From NCBI GenBank assembly GCA_963696385.1, contig CAVOKF010000003.1, positions 736,001 through 800,000 on the forward strand: DNA of 64,000 bases, in the 5' to 3' direction. Both the position numbers and the translations under genes were made by a program. This document shows, in pieces, positions 39,594 to 49,579 of this stretch. Position 1 is the first letter of the stretch, and every line of letters begins with the position of its first letter. This DNA comes from an uncultured delta proteobacterium. Its GTDB lineage: Bacteria; Myxococcota_A; Polyangia; Polyangiales; Polyangiaceae. The notes beneath the pieces are model-generated. The model searched no databases. It was not told the origin of the DNA and saw nothing but the letters and a program-made list of their open reading frames with translations.

Positions 39594-40721
39594 TCACGCC
39601 CCTGCGACAGACAGACGCCGCCGCACTGCCGCACACGGTCTCTCCACCAGGCGATACATGGTCCACGAGATCGCGAACGACACGAGCAACGCCACGACGG
39701 CGCGCGAAACGCCGCCCAATCGAGAATGCTGCTCGACGGCCGCCAATACGACTTGGTGCACGAGGTACAGAGAATACGACAGCGTGCCTACAAACTTCAT
39801 CGGGCGCCAATTGAGCGGTCGAAAGATCGACCAATGAGGAAAGCGTACGGACGCCACGAATACCGGCGTAAGGGCGATGCCCTGAAGGCTGTAACGAACG
39901 GTCTCGCGAAAATCGCCGGATCGGACGACGAACGTCAGGATCAGCACGCCGAGACTCCCGACGAGAAGGGCGAGACGTCGCCACGCGGATATGCGAGCGT
40001 CCTTGTCGACTACGTCGAGGGCGGGATTGTTCCAGACCGCGAGGGCGCTCCCGAACAGGATCGAGTCCACGCGCGTGTCGGAACAGATGTAGGTGCGGTC
40101 CACCCTGGCTTGAAAGAGCAGGACCAGCGCACACCGCCACGCAAGAACCGCCGCGCACGCTCCCCAAAAGCAAGCCGCCTTCTGCGAGCCCGTGAGCCGC
40201 AAGCGGCCGAGCAAAAGAAACGCCGCGGGGAAGAGCAGGTAGAAGTGCTCCTCGACAGCGAGCGACCAGTAGACGCCGGTGCCCGCAGCGATGCCGCTCC
40301 ACCCGTGGAAGGCGAGCCAGTAGTTGGAAACGTGAAGGACCTGCGCGGCCACCGGCAAGATCTGGGGCGGGGGGTCGGAATGGACAAAGCCGGCCTTGCC
40401 CAGCCCGGTTGCTCCGAGCAGTACGATGTAAAAGGGCGGGAGGATTCGGAGCGCCCGCCGCAAGTAAAAGTGATCTAGCCTCACGCGTCCGGTCGTCTCG
40501 GCCTCGATCCGCATGAGCGTCGTAATCAAATAGCCGCTCAGGAAAAAGAAGACCGTTACGCCGAAGCCGCCGGGAATCTGGGAAAGCCCCGCGTGCGCAA
40601 GGAACACGGCGAAGAACGAAGCGGCGCGCAATCCATCCAGCGACGGGATGTGAAGCGCGGGCCGTGGGGGACCTGCCACCGCCTTCGGCTGCACCGTAGG
40701 AGGCAAACCCACCGCGGCCAT
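39594..40721 (-). CDS. Acyltransferase family 3 (OafA-like) membrane O-acyltransferase
   Basis: LDGLRA, GVTVFFFLSGYLIT, FYLRRALRILP, WSLAVEEHFY, GTLSYSLYLVH. Confidence 0.92.
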   Translation of the reverse strand: MAAVGLPPTVQPKAVAGPPRPALHIPSLDGLRAASFFAVFLAHAGLSQIPGGFGVTVFFFLSGYLITTLMRIEAETTGRVRLDHFYLRRALRILPPFYIVLLGATGLGKAGFVHSDPPPQILPVAAQVLHVSNYWLAFHGWSGIAAGTGVYWSLAVEEHFYLLFPAAFLLLGRLRLTGSQKAACFWGACAAVLAWRCALVLLFQARVDRTYICSDTRVDSILFGSALAVWNNPALDVVDKDARISAWRRLALLVGSLGVLILTFVVRSGDFRETVRYSLQGIALTPVFVASVRFPHWSIFRPLNWRPMKFVGTLSYSLYLVHQVVLAAVEQHSRLGGVSRAVVALLVSFAISWTMYRLVERPCAAVRRRLSVAGA

Positions 40722-41126
40722 CGCCGCGGCGTATACCCTGGCCTCGGACGAGCCGCCACGACCCCAAGCCCACACGCTTGGAAGATTCGCAGAGCCCGCT
40801 GATGGCCATCTCTCGACACGGTATATCGCGATCGGGCCGGCATCGACAAAGCCCGCCCCCATGCGATCACCAGACCGCTCATCGACGGCGCAGCCGCGGC
40901 GTGGATCGCACACGACGACGTCGGCATCCCGAAGCGACCGGCCGCACAGGATTCGGACGCCGGAGCGCGGCGCGAAACGTCCGGCCGCACGAGAGCGGTC
41001 AAGCCCCGTACGCGTGCCCGGACGCGCCCGCTTTCACTCGAGCGCCATCGCGTGCTACACGTCACGCTGACGCGTACGCTTTTACGCGGCTGCTACTCGA
41101 TCATCGAGGCCTTCGGGGTAGACTTC

Positions 41127-42389
41127 GTGCAGACCTTTCTGATCCGAAACCGCAATGCCGTGTTCGGCGCCGCACTGGCCATCCTCGCACCGGGATGCAG
41201 CTCCGGGGGCCATGGATCGCCTTCCATCGCCACCGGCCATGCACATACGGACTCCGGCACCGGCGGAACTTCATCGGTCTCGTCCAGCAGTTCCGCTGGA
41301 AGTTCGGGCACCGGCGGTGCTGACTCCGGTACCATCTCGGACGGCGGACCGGGGCCTGAGGATGGCGCCGACGGCGGCGCCGAGGCCGCAGTGGAGACCG
41401 AGGCGGGGACCGAGGCGGGGACCGAGGCGGGGATCCCGGTCGGCGACAGCGGCCCGGATGCCGCGAGCTGCCAGACGAAAGGTGCCGGCCTGAACGACTG
41501 TGGACCGGCCAGCGAGAGCTGCTGCACGAGCCTGGGGGTGCCTGGGGGCACCTACGCTCGGACCTACACGAACAGCGGCACCGGGGCGACGGGCTTGGCG
41601 GACGGGGCAACGGTCAGTGCGTTCCGGCTGGACAAGTACCTCGTGACCGTGGCTCGCTTTCGGCAGTTCGTGACCTACTTGACCGGCAGCGCGGGCGCGC
41701 CACCGGCTAACGGCAGTGGCATTCACACGCACCTGAATGGGGGCAGCGGTTTGGCCAACGCCGCGGCACCGGGGACCTACGAGACGGGATGGGACGCCAC
41801 GGATTGGAATGCCGACATCGCAACGGGGGCGGGCGCAATCGGCACGTGGAACACGAATCTGGCGTGCGGTCCATTCAGCACCTGGACGAGCGCGGCGGGG
41901 AGCCAGGAGACGCTGCCGATCAGTTGCGTGAACTGGTACGAGGCGTACGCGTTCTGCATTTGGGACGGCGGTTTCCTGCCCAGTGAGGCAGAATGGGAAT
42001 ACGTCGCGGCCGGGGGGAGCCAACAGTTGGAGTATCCCTGGGGTTCCACGGCTCCGGGGACGGGGACGCAGTACGCGATCTACGACTGCAACTACGGGGC
42101 ATGTACGAACGCATTGAACAGCATCGCACCCGTGGGAACGGCGACGCTGGGGCTTGCCAGCTGCGGTCAGCTCGATATGGCCGGCGAAGTTTGGGAGTGG
42201 AACCTGGATTGGGACCTCACCTATGTCGACCCTTGCACGGATTGCGCCTATCTCACCGCAACCTCTTACCGCGTGATCCGGGGCGGCGATTTCTTCGACG
42301 GCGCAATGAACTTCCTGCCCCCATCCCGCAGCGGCGACCCCCCAACGACACGCACGAACATCGGGATTCGTTGCGCCAGGACGCCCTGA
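41127..42389 (+). CDS. Formylglycine-generating enzyme (SUMF1/FGE-sulfatase) domain lipoprotein
   Basis: Lipobox APGC, Gly/Ser/Asp linker; FRLDKYLVT, PISCVNWYEAYAFC, LPSEAEWEY.A.GG, YPWG, DMAGEVWEW, RVIRGG, GIRCAR; start uncertain. Confidence 0.88.
   Translation: MQTFLIRNRNAVFGAALAILAPGCSSGGHGSPSIATGHAHTDSGTGGTSSVSSSSSAGSSGTGGADSGTISDGGPGPEDGADGGAEAAVETEAGTEAGTEAGIPVGDSGPDAASCQTKGAGLNDCGPASESCCTSLGVPGGTYARTYTNSGTGATGLADGATVSAFRLDKYLVTVARFRQFVTYLTGSAGAPPANGSGIHTHLNGGSGLANAAAPGTYETGWDATDWNADIATGAGAIGTWNTNLACGPFSTWTSAAGSQETLPISCVNWYEAYAFCIWDGGFLPSEAEWEYVAAGGSQQLEYPWGSTAPGTGTQYAIYDCNYGACTNALNSIAPVGTATLGLASCGQLDMAGEVWEWNLDWDLTYVDPCTDCAYLTATSYRVIRGGDFFDGAMNFLPPSRSGDPPTTRTNIGIRCARTP
41397..41432 (+). 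repeat. In-frame 12-bp tandem repeat x3 (ACCGAGGCGGGG) encoding TEAG in a linker
   Basis: Three exact copies read directly from the sequence. Confidence 0.9.
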
Positions 42390-43013
42390 CGGATTCGTCG
42401 CGCGAGTTGTGACCGCATCGCTGTCCGCGCCTCCAAATCGGAACGCTTCGTGCCGGAAAAGGCGCGATCTTCATCGGGCGACGACGCGGACGTCCCGTCG
42501 CTCGGCGGCGTCGGCGATGCGGTGCGCACCGTGAGGAAATGGGTTTACCGTTAGGGCGCGTCGGCCCGCAAGGAGCCACATCGCGACCCCTCCGCCTACA
42601 GTCCCGGCCCGGCCGAGCGACGTGGCGGAGTGACGTCGAGCCCTGACGTTGCGCGCCTTTGCGCGCCCTCACTTGCATTCGGCGCAGACGTGACCCCCTC
42701 TCGGTCCTGTCCGGGTAACCAACGACATCCCTTCCCATCGGCCCCTCTCTCGAACCCAGGACGCCGCCACCGTCTCCGGTCTTCAGCCGACCGTCGTTTG
42801 AATTAACGACTGAATGAATGTGGCCGTACCACGTGCGAACCAAAGGCACGTACGCCCGGCAGGCGAATCGGAATAGCCACGAACGCGCCGCCGTGGTACC
42901 GATTCGTATTGCAGAATGCCCATTCCCATGGTTGGGGGCAGCCGCACGCGCTCGTTGCAACGTAGCCCGCTGCAGACCGTGGTTGGACATCGACCCCATT
43001 GAGAGCACATATC

Positions 43014-44360
43014 ATGAATCCCATTGCAAAGGCGTCCGCTTGGGTCTCTTTGGTTGCGGGGTGTGGCGGAGATCCCTCTGCGGCTGTTCCTGCGAAGACC
43101 GCGACCCAAAGCGCCGATTCGGGATCGCCTTCCTCGGTGGCCGCCCGACTCGCGTCTCCGAGCTCCGGTGTGTCCTATGACTCTGGCGTCGCACACGCCG
43201 CAGCGAGCGGATCGACTTCCGTGCCGAGCCCATCGGCACCGTTCGTTCCCCCGACATGTCCGGTCGATGGCGGACTGGGTGGTGCCACAGGTGCGACGCC
43301 GACGCTCACGGCGGGTATGTGGGCCACGATCAGCCCCCCTTCCGTTAGCTTTCCCGGCGCGGGCAGCGACTCCGTCTTTACGCAGGGAATGGCGCTGGAT
43401 CCGTGCAATCCCTACACTGTCTACGTGACGGTCGGTGGCTTCAACACCTCTACGTTTGCGGCCGTTCCGGGCGGGCTCTTCCGCACCACCGATGGCGGGT
43501 CGACTTGGACGACGCTCGGGCACTTCCAATCTCCCATCAACATCCGCATCGATCCGGGAAACCCGGCGCACATGTACCTATGTGACGGAGTCCGAGGAAG
43601 CACCAATGGCTTTTGGGTCAGCACCGACGGCGGACAGACCTGGGCCATGCCGGCCGGCTTCCAATCGGTCGCTCAATCGCTCAACGATTTCGATGTTTAC
43701 CACATCGATGTGGATCCGTCGGATTTCAGCCATGTGCTAATTACGTTTCATTGGTATTGGAACAGCGGCAGCGATTTTGGATTCGGGGCCGATAACTCGG
43801 GGGTCCTCGAGAGCTCCGATGGCGGCAACACGTGGACCACGCACAATCCAAACGCTGCCTGGGCTGGAACGGGCGGGTACGATGTCTTCTTCTTGTACAA
43901 TCCCGCGTTGGGAATCGGAGACAAGAACACCTGGTTGTTTGGAACGCAGGGGGCAGGCTTTTGGCGCACTACCGACGCCGGCACGACGTGGACGCAAGTG
44001 TCCACGAACAATATGCAGCACGGTGGGGGCACGATCTATTACACAGCTTCGGGCGCTCTGTACGTGTCCGGTACGCCCCACATTCTTCTCAGCATGGACA
44101 ACGGGCAGACCTGGACGGCCGTGGCGCCCCTGAGCGGCTACTCGAGCGTCATCGGCGATGGGACTACCCTTTACACCGGCGCGTACATCGGTCCTATGTC
44201 GTATCTCGCGGCTCCCGAGAGCACGGGCACGGTTTGGACCAACGCGGGCACCCAACAGTTCATCAACGGGCCGTTCCAGATGGCTTTCGATTCGACGCAC
44301 CGAATTCTTTACGCCGCAAGCTGGAATGCCGGATTGTTGGCGCTTAAAGTCACGCCCTAG
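43014..44360 (+). CDS. BNR/Asp-box beta-propeller lipoprotein (GH74/sialidase-like fold)
   Basis: Lipobox VAGC; repeats TTDGGSTW, STDGGQTW, SSDGGNTW, TTDAGTTW, SMDNGQTW. Confidence 0.8.
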   Translation: MNPIAKASAWVSLVAGCGGDPSAAVPAKTATQSADSGSPSSVAARLASPSSGVSYDSGVAHAAASGSTSVPSPSAPFVPPTCPVDGGLGGATGATPTLTAGMWATISPPSVSFPGAGSDSVFTQGMALDPCNPYTVYVTVGGFNTSTFAAVPGGLFRTTDGGSTWTTLGHFQSPINIRIDPGNPAHMYLCDGVRGSTNGFWVSTDGGQTWAMPAGFQSVAQSLNDFDVYHIDVDPSDFSHVLITFHWYWNSGSDFGFGADNSGVLESSDGGNTWTTHNPNAAWAGTGGYDVFFLYNPALGIGDKNTWLFGTQGAGFWRTTDAGTTWTQVSTNNMQHGGGTIYYTASGALYVSGTPHILLSMDNGQTWTAVAPLSGYSSVIGDGTTLYTGAYIGPMSYLAAPESTGTVWTNAGTQQFINGPFQMAFDSTHRILYAASWNAGLLALKVTP

Positions 44361-44471
44361 AGCCGCGTGCGACATTCAACCGTGAGCCCTGTGAACGACC
44401 TCTGACGCGCGGCGGCAGCCGGCCGTTCGACCGAGTTCGACGACGTCGTACGCCGCCGGCCGGGCTGCGAC

Positions 44472-45809
44472 TCAATCGTCCGCACTGAGCCACGGGAAAC
44501 TGAAGATCGCATCCGACTGCACGGGTTCGTTGCCGCTAAAGGTGTAGCAATCCTGGTACCAAATGTAAAAGGAGCCACCCGAGTACACGAGTCCGGTGGG
44601 CACTGCGTTTCCCGCATCCGAAAGCGCAGGATAGACAGCGCTCGCCGGATTCCAAGTCGCCCCGTTGTCCCGAGAGACCACGACGTACTGCGGCCCGAGC
44701 GTGGCCAGAAGGCCGCCGGGAAGCTCCACGGGATGAGCGGTGGTGATCGCGCCAGGGTCGGTGGTCACGTTGTCCACCCACGTGGCGCCGTCCGAAGTTC
44801 CTTTCGCCATTCCGCCCCCGGTGGGACTCGCCCAGTAGATCGATCCATCCGACGCCCACAAGGGCGCGCTTGCCCCGCCACTGGATGTAACGATACCCCA
44901 ATGCATGCCACCGTCCGTCGTCCGATATACGCCGCCCTTCGTGCACCCGACGAGGTAGACTGTGGGACTGATGACTAGGGGGTATGTGCAGGAAATGGCA
45001 GGCAGACTCGCACCGACGTTGTTCCAGGTATTTCCGCCGTCCGTTGATAGATAGAGGGCCTGCTGTCCCATTGTTTCGTGACCCCCGGCAAGAAGCGTGT
45101 TCCGATCGGAACCGGAAAAATCGACGCTGACCAGATCGCTGCCCAACGCCAGAGGCGTGTTCGCAGTGTTGGTGCCGAGCCCGGTGAATGTGTTCCCACC
45201 GTCCGTGGTGATGTACACGGCATAGCCGTTTGCATAGATTCCAGATTCCCAATATTGAAGCGGGTTCACGGGATCGTAAACGAGGGCCGTTGGCCGATTC
45301 GTGATGCACTCGGAGTCCGGGGGCATGGCCGACGAGCACACGGCCGCGTTGCCCATGTCCAGCTCAGACCAGCCGCCTCCATCGGGGTCGCCGTTGGGGC
45401 TGCTGCTTGCCCAGAGTCCGTTGTCCGCAATGCCGGCGATCACGAGATTCTCGTTGGGGTTCGTGAAGACGGTCTGCACGGTTCCGCACACCGAAGGCAT
45501 GCCCGCGAGCTCCCCTGTAACGTTTACCCACATGCCGGGCAGCGGCATCGCGCTGACCGTCGTGTCTCCGCCGGTAGAGCTCTCGATCTCGGCGTCTCCG
45601 CCGGCAGAGCTCTCGATCTCGGCGTCTCCGCCGGCTGCCGCATCCGAGTCGCCCGCGTTGAGGTCAATGACGCAGCCCGCGCCGAGCGCCCAGACCAACG
45701 AGCTGAACACCGCAGCGCCCAGGCGCTGGCGCGCTTGCCTTCCCGTGCGCCCGCGATCGTCGACGTTCGGTCCGAGCGAAGGGTTCATGCCTCGTCTCCA
45801 GAGGCTCAT
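44472..45809 (-). CDS. BNR/Asp-box beta-propeller lipoprotein
   Basis: Lipobox GAGC; repeats TTDGGNTF, STDGGNTW, TTDGGMHW, TSDGATW, SRDNGATW. Confidence 0.8.
   Translation of the reverse strand: MSLWRRGMNPSLGPNVDDRGRTGRQARQRLGAAVFSSLVWALGAGCVIDLNAGDSDAAAGGDAEIESSAGGDAEIESSTGGDTTVSAMPLPGMWVNVTGELAGMPSVCGTVQTVFTNPNENLVIAGIADNGLWASSSPNGDPDGGGWSELDMGNAAVCSSAMPPDSECITNRPTALVYDPVNPLQYWESGIYANGYAVYITTDGGNTFTGLGTNTANTPLALGSDLVSVDFSGSDRNTLLAGGHETMGQQALYLSTDGGNTWNNVGASLPAISCTYPLVISPTVYLVGCTKGGVYRTTDGGMHWGIVTSSGGASAPLWASDGSIYWASPTGGGMAKGTSDGATWVDNVTTDPGAITTAHPVELPGGLLATLGPQYVVVSRDNGATWNPASAVYPALSDAGNAVPTGLVYSGGSFYIWYQDCYTFSGNEPVQSDAIFSFPWLSADD
45564..45635. repeat. In-frame 30-bp tandem repeat (2.4 copies) encoding GGDAEIESS[A/T] in a linker
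   Basis: gtctccgccgg[t/c]agagctctcgatctcggc twice plus a 12-bp partial copy. Confidence 0.9.
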
Positions 45810-45861
45810 TGTACACGTTGCGTACCGTGGCGCGACCGCTCGACCGTCACGGGGGGGAGAC

Positions 45862-47274
45862 TTACTCCACGGGCATTTCGAAGGAGAGCGCGTAGTTGTA
45901 CTGAGGCAACCTCGAGTCGTACCCCACGAGAGGGTCCGAATCGCGCAACTGGCCGATGCGCCCGGTGGCCAGTCCGCCGAGCGAACCTATCCCGTCCTGG
46001 GTGACAGCATAACGCACGACCAGATCGGTCGCCGCCGGCGCGGTCGCCAGGTGAATGAGTATGGAGTCGTCCTTTATCGCGACGGAGTCGATCGCCAGTT
46101 CGCCTTCCCGGCCCTCGACCTCAAAGCCTCTGCCTTTGGACCACGCGGAGTGCAACGTCTGGTGCGGGGCCGGCATTCGCTCGTCCCATACGAGGGGCGG
46201 AACGGGAACGTGAAATTTCACCGTGATGACGCTGGCGCGCCGGACGGCCGCGGTTGGTTGTAGCGGTTGCCAGCGTCGACCGAGAACCACCCGCTCGTAG
46301 TACACTTCCGCGTATTTCTCGCCGAGCTGATCGTAACCATTCGCGATCAGATGAAGGTGATCGCTCGCGTAAGGGTACTGATACTTGGGGCCCACGCACA
46401 CGATGTCGCCGCCATGGTCGACGCCGATCTTCCACTGCGCGATCAGCGACGACGCCTTCGAGTCGTCGCCGGGACGCGTTTGCTGCTGCGTCAAAAGAAG
46501 CGGAATCCTCGTCTTCTGGCCGGTGATGGCCCGGATGTCCGTGTTGAAGTCGGCGAGAAGCCGCGCGACGTCGCTCTCGTACTCGTCGTCATTGCCGTCG
46601 GTTTCGCCGTGGGTCAAGACGATCGCGGCAACGCCGTATGATTTGCCGGCGGTCGACGCGAGACGCTTGAGCGCCGCGACCTCGAAGAGGGCCGCGGCGT
46701 ACGCGTGCCCGGTCGTCGACGTTACGATCGCACCTTTGTCAATCGCATGGATCCCTTGACCGGATTCGCCGACGACCGTGTGCACCGTGACGTAATCGCC
46801 TCGTCCGGCATTCGCGTAGAGAAACGAAATTTGGTCCGCCATCGCGGTGTGGGGCGTCTCTCCGTAGATATTGAACGGGTAGGCACTCGGGTAGCGTGTC
46901 GCCTCTCGACGAATGGGCTCGACGAGTGGAACGAGCGACAGCGCCGGCGCATTCGCGTCATACGGCGGGCTATCGAAATCGCTACCGCCGAGCGACAGCT
47001 TCAAGTTCTTGAAGTGCTGCGTCTTCATGGTTACGTCGCGTGCCTCGGCTCCGACCGAAAGACTCTGACCGGTCCCGATCACGCCGTTCCAATCCCAAGC
47101 CGGAGGTGCGGCTTCCCGATCCGCCGTTCCTCCAATCGATTGGCTATCGTGAACCCGCCCGCGCGGTTCTTGACGTTGCCAACACCCGGCAAGCCCAGTA
47201 AGGCTCAGCGCGGCAAGAGCTGCGACGCGGAGCGCGATATTGGAGCGAAGCTGGCCAGTTCGTCTCCGACACAC
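45862..47274 (-). CDS. SGNH-type (SASA/CE6-like) carbohydrate esterase lipoprotein
   Basis: Lipobox LAGC; GTGQSLS (block I), VLTHGETD (block III), DHLHL (DxxH); start uncertain (ORF to 47355). Confidence 0.7.
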   Translation of the reverse strand: MCRRRTGQLRSNIALRVAALAALSLTGLAGCWQRQEPRGRVHDSQSIGGTADREAAPPAWDWNGVIGTGQSLSVGAEARDVTMKTQHFKNLKLSLGGSDFDSPPYDANAPALSLVPLVEPIRREATRYPSAYPFNIYGETPHTAMADQISFLYANAGRGDYVTVHTVVGESGQGIHAIDKGAIVTSTTGHAYAAALFEVAALKRLASTAGKSYGVAAIVLTHGETDGNDDEYESDVARLLADFNTDIRAITGQKTRIPLLLTQQQTRPGDDSKASSLIAQWKIGVDHGGDIVCVGPKYQYPYASDHLHLIANGYDQLGEKYAEVYYERVVLGRRWQPLQPTAAVRRASVITVKFHVPVPPLVWDERMPAPHQTLHSAWSKGRGFEVEGREGELAIDSVAIKDDSILIHLATAPAATDLVVRYAVTQDGIGSLGGLATGRIGQLRDSDPLVGYDSRLPQYNYALSFEMPVE

Positions 47275-47426
47275 GTCGAGCGGGCCAACCTCACCGTTCG
47301 TCCGACATCGACAGGAGGCAACACCTCTCACGCTCATGAGCATAGGGGATAGCATCGCCCCCGTACCGGGCCGCCGGCCTATTCCCGATGCGGTCGGCGA
47401 CGCTCACCAGGAAACGCCGCAGCGTA

Positions 47427-48596
47427 TCATTGCGCGTTCGCCTCACACGCGTCACGCAGGGCTTGGCTGACGTACACTTGCTCGTCATCGGTCATCTGCG
47501 GGAAGAGTGGCAAGATGATGCGTCGGTCCTGGGCGCGCTCGGAATGGGGAAGCCAGTAAGAATCCCCGCGTCGGTACGGCGCTTCCCTGTGCGAACACAT
47601 GATGCCCCGACGACTCGCAATCCCGCGATCCAGTAGAGCCTGCATGATGGTCCGTTGGTCGCAGTGACTCGGTAGCTCGACCCAGAAGCTCTGCCAATTG
47701 GAGCGTGCCCAGGCTGGCTCGAAGGGGAGGCCAAGACCTTCGACGTCGGCGAGAAGCTCGCGATATCGATCGGCGAGGCGTCGACGCGTCATCACAATCT
47801 CGGGTAGCCGCTCCAGCTGAACCCGCCCCACCGCCGCCTGGATGTCGGTCATCCGATAGTTGAACCCAAGCACCGAGTGTTCCTCGAACACGACCTCGTC
47901 GGCGCCGTGTCGAACCCGATCGCTGACACTCATTCCATGCTGGCGAAGAAGGCGAAAGAGTTCGTCGTGACGCGCATGATTCGTCGTAAGCATACCTCCG
48001 TCACCCGTGCTAATCACCTTACGCGGGTGAAATGAAAATGTGGCGATGTCGGCGTGCGGACGTCCAACTCGCTCAACGACGCCGTCGAATACGAACTCGC
48101 TGCCGCTCGCGCAGGCCGCATCTTCGACTACGGGCAGGCCGTGCTTGGCGGCGACCGCGACGATCGCCGGAACGTCGCATGGCATACCCATCTGGTGGAC
48201 GCAGAGAACGCTGCGCGTCTTAGGCGTGATTGCGCGCTCGATCAGAGCCGGATCCATGTTGCTCGTCGCCGCATCCACGTCAATGAACACGGGTTGTGCG
48301 CCGCAGTACCGGACGCTGTTCGCCGTCGCGATGTACGAGTGGCTGACCGTGATCACTTCGTCACCCGGCTCGACGCCCACGGCGAGCAGAGCCAGGTGCA
48401 GTGCCGTCGTGCAATTCGATACGGCGCACGCATGGCGCGCGCCGACAAATGCGGCGAACTCACGTTCGAAAGCGGCTACCTCGGGCCCCTGCGTGAGCCA
48501 GCCGGACATAATGGGCCGCCGGGCAGCGTCGGCTTCCGCCTCCCCGGTAACGGGTCTGGCAAGCGGAATGCTGCGGGGCGGCCGAGGCCGACTCAT
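47427..48596 (-). CDS. DegT/DnrJ/EryC1/StrS PLP aminotransferase
   Basis: GWLTQGPEV, SNCTTALHLAL, VEDAACA, FSFHPRKVISTGDGGM, GFNYRMTDIQAAVG; ATGA overlap with the upstream gene. Confidence 0.95.
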   Translation of the reverse strand: MSRPRPPRSIPLARPVTGEAEADAARRPIMSGWLTQGPEVAAFEREFAAFVGARHACAVSNCTTALHLALLAVGVEPGDEVITVSHSYIATANSVRYCGAQPVFIDVDAATSNMDPALIERAITPKTRSVLCVHQMGMPCDVPAIVAVAAKHGLPVVEDAACASGSEFVFDGVVERVGRPHADIATFSFHPRKVISTGDGGMLTTNHARHDELFRLLRQHGMSVSDRVRHGADEVVFEEHSVLGFNYRMTDIQAAVGRVQLERLPEIVMTRRRLADRYRELLADVEGLGLPFEPAWARSNWQSFWVELPSHCDQRTIMQALLDRGIASRRGIMCSHREAPYRRGDSYWLPHSERAQDRRIILPLFPQMTDDEQVYVSQALRDACEANAQ

Positions 48597-49573
48597 GCGG
48601 ATGCCCGACCCTTCTCCGAACGCCACCACGCAACGAGACGGCGCAGCCCTTCGTCGAGGCCGACCTTGGCCTCGAAACCGAGCCGGCGAGCCGCATTTCC
48701 GACTTCTGCGAGTCGCCGCGGAACGGCGTTCACCTTGCGCGCCGGACCGTATTCCGGCTGCAAATTCGACCCCATCACCCGCAACAGAGCTATGGCCAGA
48801 TCGTTCAAGCTTGTCTCAACGCCACTCGCAACGTTGAACACCTCATCGCTCAGCGTCGACTTCATGGCGAGCATGTTGGCTCGCGCGATATCCTCCACGT
48901 GTACGAAGTCCATTGTTTGGGTGCCATCGCCGAATATGAGAGGAGGCTTTCCTTCGAGAATTCGGTCCATCCAGCGAATCAACACCTCCGTGTAAGCGCC
49001 ATGTATATCCATGCGCTCCCCGTATACGTTGAAGTATCGGAGTGCCAGATATTCGAGCCCGAACATATCGTTGAAGCTCCGTAGTAGGCCTTCGTTGAAG
49101 GCTTTGGCAGCCCCGTACAACGTTCGGTTGTTGTACGGATGGTGGCGCTCGGTCGTCGGAAACTCCTCAGCAAGCCCCAGAACCGATGCTGAAGACGCGG
49201 CCACGACGCGCTTGACTCGCGCCGCCACAGCGGCTTCGAGCACGTTGAAGGTGCCGTCCACCAAGACCTCTAGCGCGAGACGCGGCTCCTCCGCACACTG
49301 CGTAATGCGAATGGCGGCCTGGTGGAACACTTGGTCGACGCCCTGCATGACGTTCTTGAGCAGAGGGCGATCACGAATGTCACCCTCCACGATCGTCACC
49401 GGACCCCGCGTCAGGGCGGCAGCAAGATTCTCGCGACGGCCGCGCACGAAATTGTCGACAACGAGGATCTCGCCAATCGAGCCGCGTTCGCGGTCACGAA
49501 CCAAAAGGTCCACGATGTGCGATCCGATGAGGCCAGCGCCCCCCGTAACCAGAACACGCGTCGCTGAGGACAT
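48593..49573 (-). CDS. NAD-dependent sugar-nucleotide epimerase/dehydratase (extended SDR)
   Basis: VTGGAGLIGSH, FHQAA, ASSAS, YGAAK, LRYFNVYG, GDGTQTMDFVHVED. Confidence 0.93.
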   Translation of the reverse strand: MSSATRVLVTGGAGLIGSHIVDLLVRDRERGSIGEILVVDNFVRGRRENLAAALTRGPVTIVEGDIRDRPLLKNVMQGVDQVFHQAAIRITQCAEEPRLALEVLVDGTFNVLEAAVAARVKRVVAASSASVLGLAEEFPTTERHHPYNNRTLYGAAKAFNEGLLRSFNDMFGLEYLALRYFNVYGERMDIHGAYTEVLIRWMDRILEGKPPLIFGDGTQTMDFVHVEDIARANMLAMKSTLSDEVFNVASGVETSLNDLAIALLRVMGSNLQPEYGPARKVNAVPRRLAEVGNAARRLGFEAKVGLDEGLRRLVAWWRSEKGRASA

Positions 49574-49579
49574 GTGGGC

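Noticed and set aside
41127..42389. FGE/CLec protein as a diversity-generating retroelement target
   Set aside because: No reverse transcriptase and no template-repeat copy of its 3' end seen in the window
42793..42810. GTCGTT-N6-AACGAC inverted repeat in the 42.4-43.0 kb intergenic region
   Set aside because: Only 6-bp arms, too likely by chance to call without conservation data
45564..45635. 30-bp direct repeats as a possible CRISPR array
   Set aside because: The copies are contiguous with no spacers, lie in frame within a lipoprotein linker, and no cas genes are present
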